64,000 bases of DNA, from assembly GCF_902652985.1 (NCBI RefSeq), contig NC_047017.1, forward strand, positions 41,850,001 through 41,914,000. The letters are read 5' to 3'. The notes under the pieces were generated by a model. That model ran no database searches. It saw only the letters and a list, made by a program, of their open reading frames with translations, and was not told where the DNA came from. Below are positions 1 through 12,132 of the stretch, in pieces (positions within the stretch are counted from its first letter, which is position 1; every line of letters starts with the position of its first letter). A program made the translations under genes and the position numbers. The DNA is from Pecten maximus. Taxonomy: Eukaryota.

Positions 1-337
1 ACATCTTTCTGCCATATCAACTATAACAACATTAAAACCACTGTTCATTGCTTAAAGAGAAGATATCTTTAACAGGATACAGATTTACTCACATGCCGAT
101 TCTGGTTTAGGATAAACATTTCATATAATTATGTGCGCATCATTAGAGGAAAATACGTAGGCATAATATATATATCAGAAAGACATGTACGAAAAGGTTG
201 ACATGTGATGTGTATAAAATGTGTAATACACCTGCTACTGGCAGAGACTAGTATGGACTGTGGCTGTATATCGGATGGATATATATATAGGTAAATAACA
301 AATACATATTGTTTGACGTACGGGCATTATAGTATAC

Positions 338-3300
338 CTTGACCAGTTGCATTAACGTATTCCAGAGCCTTTTGGACGTCATCGTCTTTAGTGACATCAA
401 GCTTGATCACATGAAGCCGGTCCGACTGACGTGCCTGTAACACTTTGGCCCCCGGACTCTCCAGGCTGAGGACCCCGGCATATACTCTATACCCTAAGTC
501 GTATAGTCGCTTGGCGAGTAAGTGACCAAATCCTAATTAACCAATATTGAGTGAAAAAAATATAATTAGACATGAATGACAATGCAAACTCACAATAACA
601 AATTAAAGACTATGCAAATAAAGAACTACACAAAATATACTGTCATTATCAATTATGTTTGTTTCATCACTTGAACTAATAATTTGCTTTTCTAATTGGT
701 CAGATCATTTTTTATCATACAATAAAGAACGCCATAAGATATGTACATATATGTTTACGTTTGATGCCATGCGACATGTTCAATATGTTTACGTCATTGA
801 TTCCAGTTCCACACGTCGTTCACCATAAAAGTTTAGAACACCTTGCAGAAAAACCTTACCCTCTAGATAAAACTGACATAACTACACTATATATTTCATT
901 GACTCCAACTCTGTCACCCGAGTTATGAAGTGAGAAATGAAGCCGTTAAATACAAGACCTCAAGTAGATATAATCATAAAATCATGTCACTCAATATAAA
1001 CAGGTATATAACGCACTACATAGGAAGCCGAATATGTAATATGTAGGAAACGATGTCATGTATTACATACATTTTAATGAAAGCCTGGCAGTAAAATCAT
1101 ATCATTCATATTCACGCTTAACATTCTACGAGGTAGATAACAATATTGGACCATGTTTGTTAATAGGACGCTAAACAAAATAAACCAAACCAAATAGATA
1201 AATTACGCCAACATACACCCTTTGTAGATATCACCGCCCTTACACACTTGATTTGTATACTACCCTATTACTACGTCACACCTGATCTGTATCCTATCCT
1301 ATTACTACGTCAGACTTGATCTGTATCTTACCCTATTACTACGTCACACTTGATCTGTATCTTACCCTATTACTACGTCACACCTGATCTGTATCCTACC
1401 CTATTACTACGTCACACTTGATCTGTATCCTACCCTATTACTACGTCACACTTGATCTGTATTCTACCCTATTACTACGTCACACTTGATCTGTATCCTA
1501 CCCTATTAAAACGTCGCACCTGATCTGTATCTTACCCTATTACTACGTGAAACTCGATCTGTATCTTACCCTATTACTACATCACACTTGACCTGTATTC
1601 TACCCTATTACTACGTCACACTTGATCTGTATCCTACCCTATTACTACGTCACACTTGATCTGTATTCTACCCTATTACTACGTCACACTAGATCTGTAT
1701 CCTACCCTATTACTACGTCACACCTTATCTGTATTTTACCCTATTACTACGTCACATTTGATCTGTATCCTACCCTATTACTACGTCACACTTGATCTGT
1801 ATCCTACCTAATAACCACCTCACACTTGATATGTATCCTACCCTATTACTACGTCACACCTGATCTGTATCCTACCCTATTACTACGTCACACTTGATCT
1901 GTGTCTTACCCTATTACTACGTCACACTTGATATGTATCTTACCCTATTACTACGTCACATTTGATCTGTATCCTACCCTATTACTACGTCACACTTGAT
2001 CTGTATTCTACCCTATTACTACGTCACACCTGATCTGTATCCTACCATATTACTACGTCACACTTGATCTGTATCCTACCCTATTACTACGTCACACCTG
2101 ATCTGTATCCTACCCTATTACTACGTCAGACTTGATCTGTATCCTACCCTATTACTACGTCACACTTGATCCTATCCTATTACTACGTCACACTAGATCT
2201 GTATCCTACCCTATTACTACGTCACACTTGATCTGTATCCTACCCAATTACTACGTCACACGTGATCTGTATCCTACCCTATTACTACGTTACACTTGAT
2301 CTGTATCCTACCCTATTACTACGTCACACTTGATCTTATCCTACCCTATTACTACGTCACACTTGATCCCTATCCTATTACTACGTTCACACTTAGATCT
2401 GTATCCTACCCTATTACTACGTCACACTTGATCGGTATTCCTTCCCTAATTACTACGTCCACCCTTGATCTGTATCCTACCCTCTTACTACGATTCACAC
2501 CTTGATCTGTATCACTACCCTATTACTACGTTCACATCCTGATCTGTATCTCTTACCCTATTGACTACGTCACACTTGAATCTGATCCTACCCTACTTAC
2601 TCCGTCACACCTGATCTGTATCCTACCCTATTACTACGTCACACCTTTGATCTGGTATCCTTACCCTATTACTACGTCACACCTTGATCTGCTATCCTAC
2701 CCTAATTACTACGTCACACTTGATCCTGTATCCTACCATTTACTACGTACACTTAGATTCTGTATCCTACCCTATTACTTCGTCACACCTGATCTGTATC
2801 CTACCCTATTACTACGTCACACTTGATCCTATCCTATTACTACGTCACACTAGATCTGAATCCTACCCTATTACTGCGTCACACCTGATCTGTATCTTAC
2901 CCTATTACTACGTCACACTTGATCTGTATCCTACCCAATTACTACGTCACACTTGATCTGTATCCTACCCTATTACTTCGTCACACCTGATCTGTATCTT
3001 ACCCTATTACTACGTCACACTTGATCTGTATCCTACCCAATTACTACGTCACACTTGATCTGTATCCTACCCTATAACTACGTCACACCTGATCTGTATC
3101 TTACCCTATTACTACGTCACACTTGATCTTATCTTACCCTATTACTACGTCACACTTGATCTGTATCCTACCCTATTACTACGTCACACTTGATCTGTTT
3201 CCTATCCTATACTACGTCACACTTGATCTGTATTCTAGCCTACTACTACGTCACACTTGATCCTATCCTATTACTACGTCATACCTGATCTGTATCCTAC

Positions 3301-4333
3301 CCTTTTACTGCGTCACACCTGATCTGTATCATACCATATTACTACGTCACACTAGATCTGTATCCTCCCCTATTACTACGTCACACCTGATCTGTATCCT
3401 ACCCTATTTCTACGTCACACTTGATATGTATCCTACCCTATTACTACGTCACACTTGTTCTGTATCCTACCCTATTACTACGTCACAACTGATATGTATC
3501 CTACCCTATTACTACGTCACACTTGATCTGTATCTTACCATATTACTACGTCACACTTGATCCTATCCTATTACTACGTCACACTTGATCTGTATCCTAC
3601 CCTATTACTACGTCACACCTGATCTGTATCCTACCCTATTACTACGTCACACTTGTTCTGTATCCTACCCTATTACTACGTCACACCTGATCTGTATCCT
3701 ACCCAATTACTACGTCACACTTGATCTGTATCCTACCCTATTACTACGTCACACTTGATCTGTATCCTACCATATTACTACGTCACACTTGATCTGTATC
3801 CTACCCTATTACTACGTCACACCTGATCTGTATCCTACCCAATTACTACGTCACACTTGATATGTATCCTACCCTATTACTACGTCACACCTGATCTGTA
3901 TCCTACCATATTACTACGTCACACCTGATCTGTATCCTACCCTATTACTACGTCACATTTGATCTGTATCCTACCCTATTACTACGTCATCACATATCTG
4001 TAGATTACGAGTAATGAAAAAAAACTTGTTTTTTGTATCGATGACTATATAACAAACAGATGAAAACTGAAAACATTAACACTTCTAAGACGAGAAGCAA
4101 ACTTCTCTACTATTCTGTGTTATTCGGATCCTGTGTACTGCCTTACCTGTATCACAACCTGTGATGACCACGCCTTTTCGGCCGATGTCCAACTTCTGCC
4201 GAAAATTGTTTCTGGTTAGTCTCAATAAAATGTAGACCAGTGAAATGGCCAGCAAATATTTCCAGTAAATAAACAGAAAATATACATTCAATAAAAGTAA
4301 ATATAAAACGCATGTGTTCTCTAACGACAACAT
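338..4333 (-). CDS. SDR paralog A (BDH1/BDH1L-like, SDR9C), partial: exons 1-2 only, rest off the left edge
   Basis: Exon 1 4333-4147 (MLSLENTCVLYLLLL...GVVITGCDTG, 187 nt) and exon 2 532-338 (FGHLLAKRLYDLGYRVYAGVL...YVNATGQ, 195 nt). GT-AG sites in phase 1, with the TGxxxGxG Rossmann motif split by the intron. Exon lengths match the other paralogs. Confidence 0.88.
1243..3990. repeat. 34-bp minisatellite (CACACTTGATCTGTATCCTACCCTATTACTACGT), about 80 copies, in intron 1 of SDR A
   Basis: Direct tandem periodicity; indel-rich stretch around 2290-2760. Confidence 0.97.
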
Positions 4334-7052
4334 AATGGAGTATGGGGCGCTGATAAGAAGGTCTGAAACAAAAGATAGGAACTTGTTTAGAGCACGATAT
4401 GTAACAAAACACACACACACTACTAAAATCTACACCGACATGTTATCTGTTATCAGTGTATATTAATGCGAGTACATGATCGCACGTTTACCTACACTTA
4501 AACAAAATTAGGCTGACAGGGTCAAAGTCAATATTTCCAGCAATGCCAATCCCATATTTATTGTTAGAAATCTAGTAACTACTTTTCTAAACGGACCCTG
4601 GATCAAACATTACGAAAATGTTAAGCATGGATACACCGCAAACACGTGCTGTTTTTGGGTATCCAGGTTCATGTTTACTATTGATAGATAGTTCAATTCT
4701 AAATTATCAGGGCCAAGTTCAATGCCATATTAATTCTTCCTTGAATTTCATATTTTCGTGCTTGGCAGCATACCAGCACCAAAACCGAACAAAAAAAACC
4801 CCCATAAATGACCAAGTATCGAAATATCATGTGCTTCCGGCTACTAGTTAATGCCATCGTTACTATATAGAGGAAGAATATTGCATACTTCTACTTTCTT
4901 CATTAAGGCTGTCCTCGGCAAGGCCACTAATACTGCAATAAACCATGTAATAACTAGGTTGTGGAGAAAAAGGGGGCGGTTTAGATATTCCAAACAGTCA
5001 TTTCGGATTTGAACAGTTTTGGTCATTAACATCATTGTAGAATCCGTGAAAGACCAAATATCTGTAAAAAAAATAAATAGCACAAATCAGTCCTACCTGT
5101 TGGCTTGTAAGGAACAATGCGCGTGTGTATTGCGCGCTTGTGCATGGATATCTCCTGTGGCGCACCGTTTTAAATTATTCCGTGTGACCAGTGAACTACT
5201 TCATTACTGTTCTACCTGTGGAACAGGGGAGTACTCTGTCTAGGATGTCTAACGATTATAGTTCTCATCACTAAGGAATTAAGGTTTTCTACAAAGAAAA
5301 GGCGCCACAAAGACTTATATTTACAATTGTCTGGCATTGTCACTATATAGTCTGTTTGAGAGCTCTGGCATTGGTTACGTTTAAATGCCATCCACCACGC
5401 GCTACACTTATCAGCGTATTAATACAACACAAACCGGAACTACAATATCCAGGATAATTAAGTTTAACGACTAATATTTTTGTCTACATTATTTGTTATA
5501 AAAACTATGCCATTTGCGCATTACGTTGATAATAAAGTGATTAACAAAATTGAGTTTAAGAAAAAAAACTTTTCCATGTACTATTTTGTTTGCCAAAAAG
5601 CACGCGACCATGTTCCGGCTGTTTCAACGACTGACAAAAAAAATCTGCTGACTGTCTGTAAGGCGGGAATAATGAATTTTAAACATGAATTATAGCACTT
5701 GAAAAATATAAAAAAAAAAAAAAAAGGAATGTAAATATAAGCGTTGAACCGTTCAAATAATAATGTGCGTTAGATTATGTTGTTTGCTTGCAAAGCTCTG
5801 GCATTCAAATAGATCATAAATACCATACAAAAACAGTTCAATGCTTAAGTATTTAGCTATTCAAAGAACTGATCACTGATTCATTAGTATGATGAGTCTA
5901 AAATCATTAAAAATATTTGTAAAAATTGCTTCGTTAAGGTAAGGAGTAGATATGGAAAAGATTGTCTAGAAAACTTATACAATGTCAAGGAGACGACGAT
6001 GGACAAGTCAAGGAGGCAAAGACTGATAACGTCACCAGTCTCTGCGAATGGTGTCATTAAAGAGACCCTGGACATACATGCAGTATTTTGTCGAAGGAAT
6101 AAGCACACACGTGGATTTGGTTGATGTAGGTAATTACAATTGTAGCAATCTTGCCAAGAAAGAATCAAGGGCGAGGTTGTAGAATGAAATGTTCACAAGC
6201 AAATATGTTGGAAAAATATACCATACGAGTGGTGTTTGCGCTGACTTTCTGTAATTACATCAGCACTGTAACAAACGAGTACACTATTTAAATGGAGGTA
6301 ATACATAACCTTTGAATAATTGAAGAAACGAAATTCCCTTTTATTATACCTGGTTTCCTTAGTTATCTTTATACCAGAACTTTAAAAGGAAATGTTAAGA
6401 AAATACCATTCTCCTTTACCATACAATAAGATTAAACAATGTTAACGTATTGAGTTAAGTACTTGATTTTCAGCTGGACGAAAGGGATCTGCATTCAATT
6501 CACGGCACTAAAGGACCCACTTTGTCCATGCATGCTCCTAATGTTTAAGATTAATGTATTCCAGGAAGTCAAGAGAACTTTGGCAGCATGTTTTTGGGAA
6601 ATTCTTAAACCCGAAGAGCTGACTTAATGCAGCATAGGCGATTATGTTCCATTTCCGTTGCAGGAGATGGGTCTGTCAGCTTTGTGACTGTACAATAAAG
6701 CCGTGATGCCCCAGAAACCTCATTAGATTAGAAATTAAACATTTTGTTACCAGGGAAATCAGGTCTGGGTTGGCCAATATGAGTAAGAATTGACCGATCT
6801 GACTCAACATCAACCATTTGGCATTCTTTATCATATGACCAGGACGCTTAATGGTTTCATTATCCAACCGTGATTCAAACAAGTCAATATTAAGAATGGG
6901 GTAACTGGGAGTAGTATCTGTCAAAAATATCTTGTTTCAATTCCATTCTGTAGCATCATGACCATCAGTCATTGTTGTAAATAATGTACATTTTACTTGA
7001 CCATATGTAAGACGAGCCATTGACTCATTATGTAATCAAGAATAAACAAAGC

Positions 7053-7077
7053 CTATTATTATTATTATTATTATTAT
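7053..7077. repeat. (TAT)n microsatellite
   Basis: Direct reading. Confidence 0.9.
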
Positions 7078-7422
7078 AGCAGGAAAAAACGCATTAACGC
7101 CAAATTCCACGAAGATCTTTCTAAATTATCGATCTCATCAGAACACGTTCCGCCAATAGCATTCACATAGATTACTGCAATCGTGTTATCTGATTAAAAA
7201 CACAACTGAAGATAGGTGAGAGAAAGAAGAGACTGAAGAGTCAGGTAGACAGCTTTGAGTTCTAGTTCAAAACGTTGATTTGATGGTGGGATTTCGATTC
7301 CGACCATCTTCCGCCTATCTGTAGTTTTATCAGCATATAAAGCCAGCATGGGGGAATGACATCTATCCCTTGCCAAATGGCCAGATGAATTCCCTCAAAT
7401 CCTGAACGGGGTTCAGTAACTG

Positions 7423-8680
7423 AAACCTGAGATACCTACGGTGATCACGTAAACCTGAGATACCTACGGTGATCACGTAAACCTGAGATACCTACGGTGA
7501 TCACGTAAACCTGAGATACTCATGGTGATCACGTAAACCTGAGATACCTACGGTGATCACGTAAACCTGAGATACTCATGGTGAACACATAAACCTGAGA
7601 TACCCTACGGTGATCACGTAAACCTGAGATACCTACGGTGATCACGTAAACCTGAGATACTCATGGTGAACACATAAACCTGAGATACCTACGGTGATCA
7701 CGTAAACCTGAGATACCTACGGTGATCACGTAAACCTGAGATACTCATGGTGATCACGTAAACCTGAGATACTCATGGTGATCACGTAAACCTGAGATAC
7801 CTACGGTGATCACGTAAACCTGAGATACTCATGGTGATCACGTAAACCTGAGATACTCATGGTGATCACGTAAACCTGAGATACTCATGGTGATCACGTA
7901 AACCTGAGATACCTACGGTGATCACGTAAACCTGAGATACCTACGGTGATCACGTAAACCTGAGATACCTACGGTGATCACGTAAACCTGAGATACCTAC
8001 GGTGATCACGTAAACCTGAGATACCTACGGTGATCACGTAAACCTGAGATACTCATGGTGATCACGTAAACCTGAGATACTCATGGTGATCACGTAAACC
8101 TGAGATACTCATGGTGATCACGTAAACCTGAGATACCTACGGTGATCACGTAAACCTGAGATACTCATGGTGATCACGTAAACCTGAGATACTCATGGTG
8201 ATCACGTAAACCTGAGATACTCATGGTGATCACGTAAACCTGAGATACCTACGGTGATCACGTAAACCTGAGATATTTCCTGTGATCACACAAACCTGAG
8301 ATATTTATTTGATCACATAAACCTGAGATACTCATGGTGATCACGTAAACCTGAGATACTTACGGTGATCACATAACCCTGAGTTATTTATTGTGATCAC
8401 ATAAACCTGAGTTATTTATTGTGATCGCATAAACCTGAGATATTTACTGTGATAACATAAACCCGAGATATTTACGGTGATCAAATAAACCTGAGATACT
8501 CATGGTGATGACTTAAACTTGAGATACTTACCAGGATCACAGAAACCTGAGATACTCATGGTGAACACATAAACCTGAGATACTCATGGTGAACACATAA
8601 ACCTGAGATATTTACTGTGATCACACAAACCTGAGATATTTACTGTGATCACATAAACCTGAGATATTTACGATGATCGT
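7423..8680. repeat. 28-bp minisatellite (AAACCTGAGATAC[CTAC/TCAT]GGTGATCACGT), about 45 copies
   Basis: Period 28, two interspersed variants, palindromic GTGATCAC core, more diverged toward 8680. Confidence 0.97.
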
Positions 8681-9262
8681 AATGTATAGGGATACTAAGA
8701 TAGTCATCAGTCAGATCAATGGATAATAGGTAATCACCTTTCTGGATAAGATCAAGAACCACATGATAATAAAGAGATAACTTTCAATATGATACATTTA
8801 AATGTTTAAAGGTTATTGGAAAAAATGTACTCATTTGACCTGTGGCTTTGATGTCAGTGTCACAATAACCTAATGGCGATGCATTGCACTTTGGTGTTAG
8901 GTCATGAAATGTACAGCAATTTTGATTAAGATATTTTGCTTTAGAATATATGGCCCTGCCAAGAAATTATTAGAAGAACCGGTACTAATATGATAAGTTT
9001 CCCTTTGTTTAAATGGGAGACAAAATGACTGAGAATGATTGCTGTATTGCTAAGAATACGTGAGGGTCGCCTTGAATTGTTCAAACAACTGTGCAACTTT
9101 CAAGACCACACAGTTAAGCTTCTATCTGTTCTTTATTATATAATTAACTTGCCAAATTTTGATGTTTCCATATTTTTGATCAACACGGTTGCATTTTTAT
9201 TTAGTGAACGATCTTGTTTTCTTGATTACAAGTATCTTCTCATCACCAGTTCCAGAAGACCA

Positions 9263-9470
9263 TATCTGTTTGAGTATGGTTAATTTTGTTTAACGTAATA
9301 TCAACAGCCAGGGTCATTACAGGACGTGCCTGGTTTTGGAGGTGGAGGAAAGCCGGGGTATCCGGAGAGATATCATCGACCTTCGATCAGTACCAAGCAA
9401 CTGCCCCACACAGGTTTCAATCTCACTGGAGGGCAAATGATACAGTGTCGGACCGCCGCGGCCCCTCTCA
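9263..9470 (-). mobile_element. tRNA-derived SINE with V-SINE-like core
   Basis: GGTGGAGGAAAGCCGGGGTATCCGGAGAGATATCATCGACC resembles the reverse complement of the V-domain core (ggaggaaaccggagtacccggagaaaacc). Recognised from memory. Confidence 0.55.
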
Positions 9471-9608
9471 CTGTGAGGCCAATGTTGTATGGAAGTATAA
9501 ATTGAATCTTTCCTAATTACTTTCAACCGAATAGAATATATATTTGAGTATGAATCCACTTGTGAAATCAGTTCACTTATTAACATTGTCAGAAATACTC
9601 CTGGGACG

Positions 9609-12097
9609 TCAACGGGTAAACGATCCACATCCGGTCATCTTCTCAACGATCCAATCCGAAATAAATTCGGGGAGAATTTTATAAACTTTTGCAAGAATCT
9701 GTAAAGATAATGCAATGTGGATTAGGAACCTCTTACAAACAAAGTGTAGTTTTCTGTAAATAATACAACATTGCAATAAACAGCCTGTGATTTCAGGACG
9801 ACGTATAACTTTTATGGTGTATTTCTATTCTGTTTATGAGAAATTGTATGGAATTGACCTACGATTTAAACATGTTATATTGACTGGTAATTTGGAAAGT
9901 CATTGATGGCGTTAATATCTCACCGCTAGCTTATCCAGGGCAGAGAAGGAGCCACCGATCATATAGCGGGCCATTGGTGTTACGTTAATAAGGGAGTCCT
10001 CTATAGCGTTAATTACTGGATCTGCTGACATGGTCCCTATCATACTTGTATCGTTCTTCTTCATCATTTGGTAGATATCGTCAAAGTATGGACGTCCGTA
10101 GGTCTGCCTGACGTCATCAGATGCCTGTTCCCACATGTAGTCTATCTCCTTCTTTAATCGTTTCCGCTGTTCAATATTGGAATATCATATTCGTTATGTT
10201 TCTACTGATGTATGTCTTGGCAATATGCAACAACGGACAATTCATCACCGTTAATGAGATTTATGTCACATTGATTAATTAAAAAGTGTTTCATACTTTA
10301 ATGAGGGATTTATTTGATTGCATTACTAAACTGCAAGGAGCGGAAACGCTTGTTTTCAATATAGTCCTGTTATTAAGATGAATCAAACCCAGCTATATAT
10401 ATAATACTTGACGAGCGAGGTCACCTGTTCCGGACCAAATACTGATGTGGCTGCACTGAATTGTCCAGGTTCAATAATTGAGACGTTGACACCAAACTTC
10501 TTCATTTCAAGTCTGAGGGAGTCACTCAGGGTCTCTATACCATATTTGGTAACACTATACACGGACGCACCGGGCCAGGAAAACCGACCCCTTACGCTAG
10601 ACATGTTAACAATCCGGCCTGTAAAAAAACCCAGCAACACACAAATGTTTATGTTTGTGAAAGGACGTTATTGACATTGCGACATGTTTCAGACGCTCAT
10701 ATATGGTGGGACCAAATTACATTTCTGTGAAATCACTTTTTATGTATTGCTCAATGTTTATCCTAACAAACATAGCCTTGATGCATTGAATAATCCTCGC
10801 TAGACTAAAATTGTGCAACTTAACAGTCTGTTTGAGCGAGACTGTACTCGAAACCTGGATTAATAATAATAAGTTGTCTATGATGAGATAATACATTTGA
10901 TGGAACTGTTTCCGAATGTAAATGTTTCAAGTGCTCAGTATAGGGAGACAAATTGACACATATTCTTAATGAAACCTTAATGCGATCTGATAAAACAATC
11001 ATACGGTAATGTTTGATCTGATTTAATTTAAGGACTGTAACTGATATACAAAGTGATATATTTAGTATACAACTGTAACCGGATGCATTTAATATTTATA
11101 TTTTTAGAAAACAAAGTAAAATGAAATTGAAAAATTCTTAGCACCTAAGTCCTTGGGCCTCCTTCTGACACACATACAATGTTTTGGTTTCTACTTGTCA
11201 TTAGAATGGATATATGTGAAGCAAAGTATCTAAATACAACAATTAACTTCAGATGTCCGTCAATAAGTTAGAACTTCTGATTGTATATCTCCTTTTGAAT
11301 TTGATTATTGCATTCTATTTTACATTTTAGACTAAATATGTCGATTTATCTTGTTCATAATTTATCTTTACCACTCATGAGCAATAGAAACCTGCCGTCT
11401 ATTAACACAGTGTTCATGACAATATGTACACTTCAAATATTTCGCTATCACAATCTCTATATCCATATTGTCCTGGAAATATTTACCTTTAGACTTCCTG
11501 ATAAGGGGGAGGAATGTTTTGATGACTCGGATCATGCCGTATAGATTAACCTCGGCACATTTCTTGTATTGATCCACAGTCGCTAACTCGACGTCACCAG
11601 GAAAATTCATTCCAGCATTGTTGACGATGGCCCATAATCCTGATTGAAAAAAAGCAGTTAAACGAATCAGTGTTTGTTCCACCTTTATACTATTAACGAT
11701 AATTGCATAAAAAAAAATTCTACCAGGAAACAGATAATGTTTTTAAAGTGTTCAGATATAGGTTGTTCCTTAACATTACCTCATTTACTTATTTACAATT
11801 CAAAACACTCTAGACACTACCAGTGCCCAATCCATGATCACATACATTGCATCCACACACATACAATTCAAGGGTAATAAGCACATGCACATACGCTCAC
11901 ATATATTTGCATTCACAGCACAGACGTACTTATACTTACAATAACAAAACAAAATCACCTTCATACACACTCATACTAATACAAAAAACTACCATACATA
12001 TACTCACGCACATTTGTATAGACATATTCTCATACTAAAGGCAGTAAATTTCAAAATGTAAGTACAAAAAGACATCAAAGGAAAAGAAAAGCGTACA

Positions 12098-12132
<35 letters not shown>

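Larger units (their letters stand above)
6440..8757 (-). mobile_element. Degenerate DIRS1-type tyrosine-recombinase retrotransposon relic (RT, RNase H, MT-like, YR N-terminus) interrupted by a minisatellite
   Basis: Minus-strand translations in DIRS order. RT: LDLIQKGDYLLSIDLTDDYLSIPIHYDHRKYLRF (8756-~8655). RNase H: GGRWSESKSHHQINVL/LKAVYLTLQSL (~7320-7225). MT-like: DATEWN..IDLFESRLDN and WPTQT*FP (~6960-6750). YR N-terminus: AAKVLLTSW..HAWTKWVL*CRELNADPF (~6590-6460). Many stops and frameshifts. Confidence 0.8.

Noticed and set aside
2296-2956. ORFs of 69 and 90 aa inside the 34-bp array
   Set aside because: They are translations of the repeat, opened by indels in a noisy stretch that is probably low-quality consensus.
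4334-4420. Longer N-termini from upstream GTG starts in the ORF track (A, C, D, G)
   Set aside because: The ATG that gives a 187-nt coding exon 1 is conserved in all seven paralogs; the upstream starts are non-ATG or not conserved.
1243-8680. 28-36-bp repeats, some palindromic, as CRISPR arrays (also 53075-54520)
   Set aside because: The units are head-to-tail with no unique spacers, there are no cas genes, and the context is eukaryotic.
10408-10674. Plus-strand ORFs recurring opposite SDR exon 4 (also 24762, 32893, 37601)
   Set aside because: They are antisense shadows of the conserved coding exon with no independent start or stop conservation.
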